Positions 19,932 through 28,735 of a stretch of 64,000 nt of DNA are shown here, piece by piece (the first letter of the stretch is position 1; each line of letters starts with the position of its first letter). Source of the stretch: Barthelona sp. PCE. Lineage: Eukaryota. The notes beneath the pieces are model-generated. The model had not been told where the DNA came from and did no database searches. It was given only the letters and a program-made list of their open reading frames with translations. The position numbers were made by a program, and so were the translations under genes. The stretch covers positions 124,001-188,000 of the forward strand of contig JAUFOR010000004.1 in NCBI GenBank assembly GCA_040285745.1. The letters run 5' to 3'.

Positions 19932-22121
19932 ATGAGAAATTCACCGTTCAAATGTTGTTTACTGAGAAATTCAACGATAATCCTAATATATCTCGTTTGT
20001 GTAGGTGCATTTAATGTAGTACGTACAGATGTTGGAGGCATGTTTTATTCAGATCAGTCAGCTTCAAATTTTCCAATATTTGTATATTTTGGTGTCGATA
20101 TGTTGAATCATCACAATACTACATTGAGTTTGATTGGAAATGTTCAAGATATTCATTTAAAAACGATAGAATCAGCTGAAGAAAGTGCAGTTGCCGTGTT
20201 ATTTTTTGCAGAATCATTTCATGAAAGTACGAAAAAAGTAGTTATACAAGCTGTTACTTACAATGGATCAGGTTGCAGTACAGGAAGCTCAGATTGCGAT
20301 TTCAGCATGATTGTCAGCGACTCAATAACCATTATGTCACAGATGAAAGCAATCTGGCTGTGTATTTTTCCAACAGCCTTTGTGTTTGGTGTTTTTGCAA
20401 TGATTTATTACTTTCATTTAAGATGGGACGAGAGCACACTATCTTTTCGGATAATTAGCAATGTGTTTATGTTCTTAAAGAGATTTTCCTATTATTTTTC
20501 ATTCTTTTTAATTGATTTGGCTCATATGATCGTTATGATAGGAACTATTCTTCAGTTTTTTGGAGTCCAATTGAACAGTTTCGGTAAACTGTTTGGATAT
20601 TGTTACAGTCGAATATTCATATTTGTGCCGCATATTTGCAAGAATGCTTATGGATTTTTCTTAAGTTATTTTATAGACGGCCTTACACAGGTGTTTGTAG
20701 TATCACAGATTTTTATGCAGAACATAGTTCTTGAATATTCCAAATTCACGGGAATCTTGGCGTTTTGGTGCTTCTTAATTGTTTGTTTGCGTTTTCTACC
20801 TAATATAATTATGTATGGTACGTTTCGGACACGATCTAAACTGAAGCGCTTTATTCTTCATTTATTTTTGCGTTCAGCCGCGTGTTGTATGTACGGTCTG
20901 TTTCAGGGAACATTGATTTCCATAGAAGAAAAGGAAATACCATTCATGAGCACGCACTTACTATTTGTGTGTATTATTAGTCTTGTTTTATCCTTCAACT
21001 CTGTTATTAAGATGTTGTTTGATCACAATAATATACCATCCAATGCAAAGGATCGATCCTTAATGATCCAATTTGTTGCTAACAGTACAGTGGAAGATTC
21101 GGCGATGAATGAGGTGTTGGGTGATTCAAACATTAAAAAATATAAAGATATAGTTAGTATATCAGCGAATATGCAGGACATAACCGATGCAAGATTTTAT
21201 AATATATTATTGCGAGGTCGCGTCATTTCAGTCAAATATTTCAGTGCTTTTTTCTGGCGCATCATTAAGATATGTCTAGGTTTATTCAATCATATCGAGG
21301 ATTCATTCTATGAGTATGTGCTTCTGTTGAGATACCGTAAAAACAGAATACCTATTGATGAGGGGGTCATCAAACATTTCGTCTTTACCTATGGACAATT
21401 CCTCAGTTCATTCTTCCTTTTTGTCCCTCTGTTACCACTGGGTATGATAAATGTGTTTTCAACACGAATGGCTGGAACGTTCTTTACTCTAAAGTTTCGT
21501 TTCGTCGAGGTTATTCCCTTTAGATTGTACAAGAACTTGAAGCCACAATTTTCTTTTGCATTGTTTGTTCTCTTCCAGTTTATTTTGGATATCTTTATCA
21601 TCATTATTACGCTCAGATCACCTTTTAATGACAGATTTCTAATTCTTATATATTTCCAGTTCTTTGTTTTCATATGTGTTGAATTTGGAAGAGGGATTTT
21701 TGAAAGACAGTTGATAACTGATCACCCAGACAAGGGAACAGCAGATCTCACGGTCGATCAATCAAATGGAGGATTCACAGTTGATTATAACAGCAACACT
21801 GACTCCGACCCAAATAGCATATCATCGCAACGTTCAAACTTTGATGTATTACATTCAGTATCATACACACCAACCATAGACTCTGCCATTGAAATCACAG
21901 AAGGGTTCAGTGCAGGTATGTCAAGTGATGATGGGGAGTTTAGCTTTGATGTTGTTGAATTTGATTCACCTGAACTGTACAGCAATAATCGTACTAAATC
22001 ATTAATGAGGAATATGGAAGAATTGAATAATTACTATGAATTCAGTGGTGGGTTTTCAACTGAAGATCTTGATGTAGAGAATATACCAATGGCTATTCAA
22101 TCTCCAGGTTCACCTCTTTAA
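19932..22121 (+). CDS. Hypothetical multi-pass membrane protein with acidic Ser-rich C-terminal tail
   Basis: 729-codon ORF with an N-terminal hydrophobic segment and many F/I/L-rich helices; no family recognised. Confidence 0.7.
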   Translation: MRNSPFKCCLLRNSTIILIYLVCVGAFNVVRTDVGGMFYSDQSASNFPIFVYFGVDMLNHHNTTLSLIGNVQDIHLKTIESAEESAVAVLFFAESFHESTKKVVIQAVTYNGSGCSTGSSDCDFSMIVSDSITIMSQMKAIWLCIFPTAFVFGVFAMIYYFHLRWDESTLSFRIISNVFMFLKRFSYYFSFFLIDLAHMIVMIGTILQFFGVQLNSFGKLFGYCYSRIFIFVPHICKNAYGFFLSYFIDGLTQVFVVSQIFMQNIVLEYSKFTGILAFWCFLIVCLRFLPNIIMYGTFRTRSKLKRFILHLFLRSAACCMYGLFQGTLISIEEKEIPFMSTHLLFVCIISLVLSFNSVIKMLFDHNNIPSNAKDRSLMIQFVANSTVEDSAMNEVLGDSNIKKYKDIVSISANMQDITDARFYNILLRGRVISVKYFSAFFWRIIKICLGLFNHIEDSFYEYVLLLRYRKNRIPIDEGVIKHFVFTYGQFLSSFFLFVPLLPLGMINVFSTRMAGTFFTLKFRFVEVIPFRLYKNLKPQFSFALFVLFQFILDIFIIIITLRSPFNDRFLILIYFQFFVFICVEFGRGIFERQLITDHPDKGTADLTVDQSNGGFTVDYNSNTDSDPNSISSQRSNFDVLHSVSYTPTIDSAIEITEGFSAGMSSDDGEFSFDVVEFDSPELYSNNRTKSLMRNMEELNNYYEFSGGFSTEDLDVENIPMAIQSPGSPL

Positions 22122-22388
22122 TTTTCTTTACAAATATATTATTATATCAACCTGTACAATAAACAAAGTATTGCTTTTTTTCAACTCTAAAAAGTGTAGC
22201 AATGATCTGAGAAGTAAAAGGGAAACTTTTTGAAGCAGGGTACTTTTATTGAGATGTGGATGCTTAACTGTACCTCAATAAGCCGATTTGAATCAATAGA
22301 AGCACCAAAACAAATGTCCATTTTGTATTATTCAATTCGTCCCTTTCAAACACTTTTTTGAGTTAAATTTTATACTAGGGCCTTTAAA

Positions 22389-23225
22389 ATGTCATATTGG
22401 ATGACTTTTCGGTACATAATCCTTGGTGATTCAAGTATGTTTAGTTTAAAAATTTTTCTTTCTTTTTTTTTGTGATATGTGACGAAGTATAAGATATTCT
22501 CTGCCAATATGTGAGTTTTTCAGGCAAGAACAGGTTTATTTACCGATAATTGCAATTTTTATTCGTCATTCAATATCAACTTGGAGTGAAATAATTTTCG
22601 TTGTACAAGTGCAAACTAACTTTTAGCAGTAGGTAAATCATGTCTGATGCATCGATTTACTGATCGGCGTTATCGTGAGAACGCTCCACCAGCCACAGTT
22701 GGTGTTGACTTTGGAAGTCGGTTTTTGCAGCTGGAAGATCATGTAATTAAATTATTACTGTGGGATTCTGCAGGTCAAGAGTGTTTCAGATCAATTGCAA
22801 AGTCATATGTAAGGAATACAATTGGTATCTTACTGGCTTATGATATTTCCAGTCGCGAATCATTCAACAGTGTTGCTGGTTGGTTAGAAGATATACATAT
22901 GAACGCAGATCCCGACGCCATAATAATGTTGGTTGGTAACAAGAGTGATTTGGAGGATGAGCGTGAAGTATCATATGAAGAAGGTGAGAAGTTTGCAAAG
23001 GATAATGATTTGCATTTTTTTATTGAAACATCCGCTAAAACTGCAGATAATGTTGACGAGGCTTTCGAAAAGACAGCTTCTCTAATCTATCGACTGATTT
23101 TAGAAGAACGAATCGAGCCATCAGATAGCAATGGCTTGAAACCAGGTCCGTTGTATGGAGGAGTAGAAGAAGAAGTCATAGTCGAGGACACAAACGAGGA
23201 AGTCGGCGGTACGTGTACGTGTTAG
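22389..23225 (+). CDS. Rab GTPase (Rab2-like), two exons 22389-22434 and 22627-23225, 214 aa
   Basis: Splicing gives MSYWMTFRYIILGDSTVGKSCLMHRF with an intact P-loop; TVGVDF, WDSAGQE, GNKSDL, ETSAK and C-terminal CTC prenylation motif. The track ORF at 22647 lacks the P-loop. Confidence 0.92.
22435..22626 (+). other. Spliceosomal intron, 192 nt, phase 1
   Basis: 5' GTATGTTT; 3' ACTAACTTTTAG with the branch point abutting the acceptor. Removal restores GxxxxGKS in frame. Confidence 0.92.
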
Positions 23226-23442
23226 TTAGAAATCAAAGTAAAAAACAAATCATTTTTTGAGCAGTAATAGCAGATGAATTACTCATCCAATATTGGGCAG
23301 TTTCTGTCCTTCATTGTGTGCAAAAAAAAAAAAAATGTGGTACAGTCAATGTCCTACATCATCTACACACTAGCGAGAAAGAGTTAAAAATCTTCAACTG
23401 GTTGTGATAATGTTATTATATTTATTTTCTTATACATGATAA

Positions 23443-23862
23443 ATGACAGATTTAAAACGCATATTATTCGCTCCTGATTCGCCACCACCACTTAAAATAG
23501 AAGAAAAACCTTTTAAAGTTGAAAGTCCCAATGAATTGGTCCAAACCAAGCCTTCATCCAAATTTGTTAGTCCTGTTACATTCAATCCAGCGTTGTTCAA
23601 GCCAACTAATCTGACAAATTCGAATCTTTCTTCTTCAGGGAGAAAATCTGTTTTCTGTGCTAGTCCTCAAAAATCTTTTACTCCAGTGAAATTACCCCCT
23701 TCGCCTTTCGTAACCAGATCATCTTCATCTCCGAAATTAGTTTCTACACGTTCACGTAGTCATAGTAATTCTAGAACAACACCTAAACGGCTATGGGCAG
23801 GTTCAATCACTGATTCGATGAATATTCCTGGTGATTTAAACACTAAGCTATCCCGAAAATAG
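23443..23862 (+). CDS. Hypothetical Ser/Pro/Lys-rich disordered protein (139 aa)
   Basis: ATG-initiated ORF with many SP/TP motifs; no family recognised. Confidence 0.55.
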   Translation: MTDLKRILFAPDSPPPLKIEEKPFKVESPNELVQTKPSSKFVSPVTFNPALFKPTNLTNSNLSSSGRKSVFCASPQKSFTPVKLPPSPFVTRSSSSPKLVSTRSRSHSNSRTTPKRLWAGSITDSMNIPGDLNTKLSRK

Positions 23863-24258
23863 TGTAGCGTCTTTGCAGTTATTTATTTTTTATTTTTGCA
23901 TAACAACAATTGCAGTTATATCTTCGCATGTCTTTGAAGAGATCAAACTTTTAAATCTCTGTCATGGTTTTCATAAACACATGAAGATCTATCATCACGT
24001 GTTTTTCATTATTTTCTGCCACAATTTGCTGACAGCGTCATGAAAACCAGCTCTCTTGTCGATGAACTGTGTATGAAGCGAGCTTTTTTCTTGCAAAACG
24101 TACGTATAGAATAAAATGTGCACTACCTATGATTTTTTACGACAGTTTATGGTTTAATCAGATAGATTTTACATATGCTCATAATTAATCGTATTGGATT
24201 TACATGAAAGTATTTCAGAATGTTGTTTTTTGTTTTACTTTCATTTTCATCCTTTCAC

Positions 24259-27162
24259 ATGAATTATTTCTTATTGTTGTGTCTGGTGAGCATCTTCAGC
24301 ATCGTTGCTACTCGAGATTGCCAGATATACGATTACAAAGCACAGTTTTCTGATTGTTCCGTGAATAGTCGTTACGGTGTTTATCATTGGATTGAACCGA
24401 AGGAATGCACCGCAGGAGTTACGCTCCCCGAGTCATTCAGCTCCAGCACTTGTACTTGTACAATTCACGATTATGAATGGGAATATGGAGTTTGTGACTC
24501 AGCTACCCACACCACGACTCTCAAAATCGGTGCCAAGAAAACAGACTGTACGGGAGACAAACCAAGCGATATCACTAACGTTCCCTGTCCTTGTACAAGG
24601 GATGATATTCAGTTCACCGTATCTGAGTGTAATCCCTCCACTCACAAGCAGATGATTGTGTTTTACTTTGACCCCACGGTCCAGTGTAAGCATGACGCGA
24701 GCGTTCTTCCCGATCCCATTGAGATGGACTGTGACTTTACATGTGCAAATGGTACCCGTCTTGATGTAACTGGCGAAGGTGTTGTCTGCACAGAGTGCGA
24801 GTCAGGAACTTTCTCTCTAGGCGGAGGAGTTGTCATTGACGACTTCCCAGACACTCTTTCTCTCGCCAATCTTGGTTTCCAGACAAAGTGCATTGGTGAC
24901 AACTGTGGTGATGTTGACCGTTGGGCTATTGCTGATGGACATATTTACTCAGGTAATAATACAGCTGCAAACGTTGATAATGAACTAATTTATACTGTTA
25001 CGCTCCGCAGACCAGGTTTTGTTCGATTCGAGTTCACAGTTGAGGGTGAAGAAGACTTTGATGGCCTTTACTTCGAGGTAGATGGTGTTTCTGTAATGGC
25101 ACTCACTTCAGTCGTTTATGTCCGCAAGACAGTTGAGTTTGAGTTATCAGAAGGTCCTCACACACTCAAGTGGGTCTACCACAACGACGCTTCAATGTCT
25201 GTTGGAGCTAACTCGGCAGAGATTTACGCTATTTATATCACCGGTACTTCTCTTGCCTCTTACCAATGTCATGCATGTCCCGTTGGTACATATTCCAGTA
25301 AGGGGTCGAACAAATGCACCAAGTGTCCCTTAAACGAGTATGCCGATGTTGAGGGCACCAAGACTTGTAAGAAATGTGCCGATGACGAATATTCTCTCCC
25401 TGGTAGTGAAACCTGTACCACTAGAGCTGCTTGTGTTGCATCAGATTACGAAGTATTTTACACATCGTGCCAGGATAGCAAGCGAACCAAGTACTATAAG
25501 TGGCTTTCTCCCCATATTTGCAACAACGTGACTGGTGTTAACCTTCCTGTTGATGAGCCAGATCAGGAATGTCTCCCTTGCAATCCTGGATACTACTGGA
25601 AGGCTGGTGAGTGTAAGAAGTGCGCAACTGGTACCGTTTCTACAGGTGGTCGTCAGACAGCATGTTCTGATTGTTCTGCCGGAACATTTGGGCAACGAAG
25701 TACCAATTTCACGTTCTGGGAGGAATTTCCGGAAGGAGCGTACACACACTGCTACCCTAACAACTTATGTGGTTCACAAGGGTTCCGCTTGCGTAACACT
25801 TTTGTTGATTCTGGCACCAACCACATGGAGGGTGCCCGTTCGTACATCATGTACTCAACTACAATTGAGACAGCAGGAAAACTCAGTTTCAACTACTACT
25901 TTGATTGTCGTGACTCCCGTGATGGTCATGATTGCGCTCGTGCATCTGCTCTAAGAGTTTATGCTGGTAACGGTCGCTCACGTATGCTTCCAAGCCGTTG
26001 GTATGCTATCAACACTTGGATGCATTTCGAGATTGACCTCCCAGAGGGTCTCTCCTTTGTTTATTTTGTTTGGGAGAAGGGCGTGAAGAGTGAGAACGAA
26101 CTGACCGACTCTGTGAGAATTGCAAACGTTGTTATTCAAGGCGACGAACGTGGTGGCGGTGTCGAATGCAAGGCTTGTGCGGGTGGTTCCATTTCTGGTA
26201 ATAAGGCATCCGTGTGTGACCTCTGTCCCGCTGGAAAGCACTCATCTGAAGATAAGAAACAGTGCATACCATGCACCAAAAACAAATACGCCGATACTGA
26301 AGGCCTAGCCGAATGCATGGAATGTGGTACTGGCACTGTCGCCCCTGTTGCTGGTTCAGACCACTGCACTCCAGAGTGTGAGTTGTCGCTCACAAAGGGA
26401 GGAAAGACTTATGACTATTCATTCCGGGCCATCGATGATCAATTTGGCCCGGTTATCGATCAAGGAGAAATGTATTATGTTTCACTTTGTGACCGCAACA
26501 CATCTCACTTTAACAATAACACCTGTGTCCGTAACGGCGTTGCTCTCCAAACATACGCTTGTATGGTCTCTTCCTATGCCGATACCGTATATGATCTCGG
26601 ACATGAGGAGAATTTCCGCTTCTTGGATGACACCGACCCAACAAAAGGTCTCAAGGTCTCATTCTCACGCGGTGATGCTGGTTGTTATCGTGGTGGATAT
26701 CGTCGTGAAATGCATATAGACATGATTTGTGATCTGGATGCCGGATACGGTGCTCCATCGTTTAACATTAGTGAATCAGTTGAATATGCACCTTGCAAGT
26801 ATCAACTTGAATGGAAGACAGCGTATGCCTGTCCTTTATGTACTGATGATATGCTTACTAAGGTTATTGGTGAGTGTATTCACGGTAAGCGTTCTGTCTC
26901 ATGGCGTCCTAAGGGCAAGTGTCACTCTGAATCCCCAGTTTATTTCGAGAATTGCTCAGGTGTATCCATCTCAATCTGGACGATCATCTTTGTTGTTATG
27001 ATTGTTTTTATTCTCGGAGGACTGATTGCCTTTTATATCTATCGTAATCGTTCGATTACTGCTCAATACAAGGCTTTACGTTTGCAATCTGAGGGTAACT
27101 CAATGGGTATGTTCAATGCTACACTTATTGATGACGACTCTGTTTCAGCGCCACAATTATAA
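24259..27162 (+). CDS. ELAPOR/KIAA1324 (UPF0577)-like type I membrane protein
   Basis: Signal peptide; DYEWEYGVCD / DYEVFYTSC modules; CxxCxxGT(F/Y)S repeats; two jelly-roll-like inserts; MRH-like domain ending CKYQLEWKTAYACPLC; TM helix; cytosolic YKAL. Alternative ATG at 24220. Confidence 0.85.
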   Translation: MNYFLLLCLVSIFSIVATRDCQIYDYKAQFSDCSVNSRYGVYHWIEPKECTAGVTLPESFSSSTCTCTIHDYEWEYGVCDSATHTTTLKIGAKKTDCTGDKPSDITNVPCPCTRDDIQFTVSECNPSTHKQMIVFYFDPTVQCKHDASVLPDPIEMDCDFTCANGTRLDVTGEGVVCTECESGTFSLGGGVVIDDFPDTLSLANLGFQTKCIGDNCGDVDRWAIADGHIYSGNNTAANVDNELIYTVTLRRPGFVRFEFTVEGEEDFDGLYFEVDGVSVMALTSVVYVRKTVEFELSEGPHTLKWVYHNDASMSVGANSAEIYAIYITGTSLASYQCHACPVGTYSSKGSNKCTKCPLNEYADVEGTKTCKKCADDEYSLPGSETCTTRAACVASDYEVFYTSCQDSKRTKYYKWLSPHICNNVTGVNLPVDEPDQECLPCNPGYYWKAGECKKCATGTVSTGGRQTACSDCSAGTFGQRSTNFTFWEEFPEGAYTHCYPNNLCGSQGFRLRNTFVDSGTNHMEGARSYIMYSTTIETAGKLSFNYYFDCRDSRDGHDCARASALRVYAGNGRSRMLPSRWYAINTWMHFEIDLPEGLSFVYFVWEKGVKSENELTDSVRIANVVIQGDERGGGVECKACAGGSISGNKASVCDLCPAGKHSSEDKKQCIPCTKNKYADTEGLAECMECGTGTVAPVAGSDHCTPECELSLTKGGKTYDYSFRAIDDQFGPVIDQGEMYYVSLCDRNTSHFNNNTCVRNGVALQTYACMVSSYADTVYDLGHEENFRFLDDTDPTKGLKVSFSRGDAGCYRGGYRREMHIDMICDLDAGYGAPSFNISESVEYAPCKYQLEWKTAYACPLCTDDMLTKVIGECIHGKRSVSWRPKGKCHSESPVYFENCSGVSISIWTIIFVVMIVFILGGLIAFYIYRNRSITAQYKALRLQSEGNSMGMFNATLIDDDSVSAPQL

Positions 27163-27169
27163 TATTTCG

Positions 27170-28321
27170 TTAGTGTAAATACGGATTAAATAAATCAGTT
27201 TTAAGGCTAATCACCCTTTCAATACATTCTTCCGTCTTATTGAAACAGTCTTCAAGCTCACAGTGTTCACTCAAAGCTACAACATGGCTGTTTTTAAAAT
27301 TGTCAAGAGGTTCACGTTTCCCACAAATGACTCTCACCATATCAGTACTCCCTTTAACACGCTCAACAATTTGATATAACTGGCCGATAACCTTGCCTTG
27401 AATCGACTGTGAATCAAAGCTTCCTTCACCTGTAATAATCATATCGGCATTCGCAACCTTTTCCTCAATTCCTATCATACTAAATAAAAATTCAATGCCA
27501 GATTTGATATTCAGTTTATCCTTTAGTAAAGCGGAAAGGCCGCCGGGCACTCCACCTGATGCACCAAAACACGGTTGGTCACATGATATGCTCAACAAAG
27601 AAGCCACATTAATCATACCAAACTCAAGTTCACTGCGCATTTCAAAAGTTTTGGCACCCTTCTGGGGGGAGAACACAGCAACTGCTCCATTTTCACCGCA
27701 AAAAGGATTGTTCACATCACAGCATAAAGCAATTGGAGTTGAAAATTCTATAGGTGACATATCAATGCCCATAATGTTAAACAGGTCCCCACCTGTCAAT
27801 GGTCTACTAAGATTTGTCCCATCTGACATTGTGATAATAGCTCCAAGACCCTGTAAAATAGAGATCCCTGCTTCATTCGTTGATGAACCACCAATCCCCA
27901 TATAAATGATTTCAGGGCTATGCGTGAGTTCAATATGCTTCAGTAATTGACCAACTCCGACAGCTGTAGTTTTCAGTGGATTGCGTCTCTCGATAGGGAC
28001 CAGTTCCAAACCAGCAGCTTCAGCAAACTCAACACATGCAATACTGTGCTCGCCTTCAGTATATCCATATGCTGCGTTAACCTCATCACAAAAAGGATGT
28101 GCAGGATGTGTCACCATAAATTTTCCTGTTTTAAAGTTTAAAACTTCTCGAAAAGCTCCTAAAAACCCTTCTCCACCATCAGATAATGGAATAACTTCAC
28201 AAATTACTTCATTACTACCATCTTGCTCTTCAAAATTTTGTATCGTCTTCTCTATACATTTTCCAACACTGCTGGCGTCCAATGTATCCTTAAAAGAGTC
28301 TGTACAAATTAAAACTCGCAT
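27170..28321 (-). CDS. glxK: Glycerate kinase, class I (GlxK/GarK family)
   Basis: DSFK, PLSDGGEGF, GIGGSSTNEAG, CDVNNPFCGENGAVAVFSPQKGA, GASGG, ITGEGSFDSQSIQGKV. Confidence 0.95.
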   Translation of the reverse strand: MRVLICTDSFKDTLDASSVGKCIEKTIQNFEEQDGSNEVICEVIPLSDGGEGFLGAFREVLNFKTGKFMVTHPAHPFCDEVNAAYGYTEGEHSIACVEFAEAAGLELVPIERRNPLKTTAVGVGQLLKHIELTHSPEIIYMGIGGSSTNEAGISILQGLGAIITMSDGTNLSRPLTGGDLFNIMGIDMSPIEFSTPIALCCDVNNPFCGENGAVAVFSPQKGAKTFEMRSELEFGMINVASLLSISCDQPCFGASGGVPGGLSALLKDKLNIKSGIEFLFSMIGIEEKVANADMIITGEGSFDSQSIQGKVIGQLYQIVERVKGSTDMVRVICGKREPLDNFKNSHVVALSEHCELEDCFNKTEECIERVISLKTDLFNPYLH

Positions 28322-28735
28322 TGGGAAATTGGGGAAAATTGCTATAACGCTATTTTATGCTATCTAAACAGTATACATTGTGAAATTACTCGTCACTCTA
28401 ACCATATTATTATCGAAAATTGCAATAAAGCCAGAATATATTTTTTCTTTACATTTAGACTAATTTATGGAATAAAAGTTTAATGCGTGCGGCCACAATA
28501 ACAATAAAAGAGCTCTTAATTGATATAATTGACATAGACTATCAAGAATGTGTCTGTTTTGGAAAACTTGATTTTTGGTTTTAAGGGTCACTTAGATATG
28601 ATAAAGCCCCTTTAAACTGTTTGCGACTGAGATTGGTAACAAAAAATATCTCCTTGGTGCAAATAGAACTCTGAAAAAGTGCTTTTGCATTTTACTTCTT
28701 TTTTTCTTATATACAAGGGTATCTTGACATCTAAT

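Noticed and set aside
19817-20041. Apparent head-to-head overlap of the COG6-like ORF (track start 20041) with the ORF starting at 19932
   Set aside because: COG6-like similarity starts near Met 19816; the upstream extension is probably not translated.
23322-23335. A14 homopolymer
   Set aside because: Simple intergenic run with no target-site duplication or retroelement context.
23960-24052. 10-bp inverted repeat TGGTTTTCAT / ATGAAAACCA in an intergenic gap
   Set aside because: Short, AT-rich and widely spaced; no recognisable ncRNA or transposon-end features.
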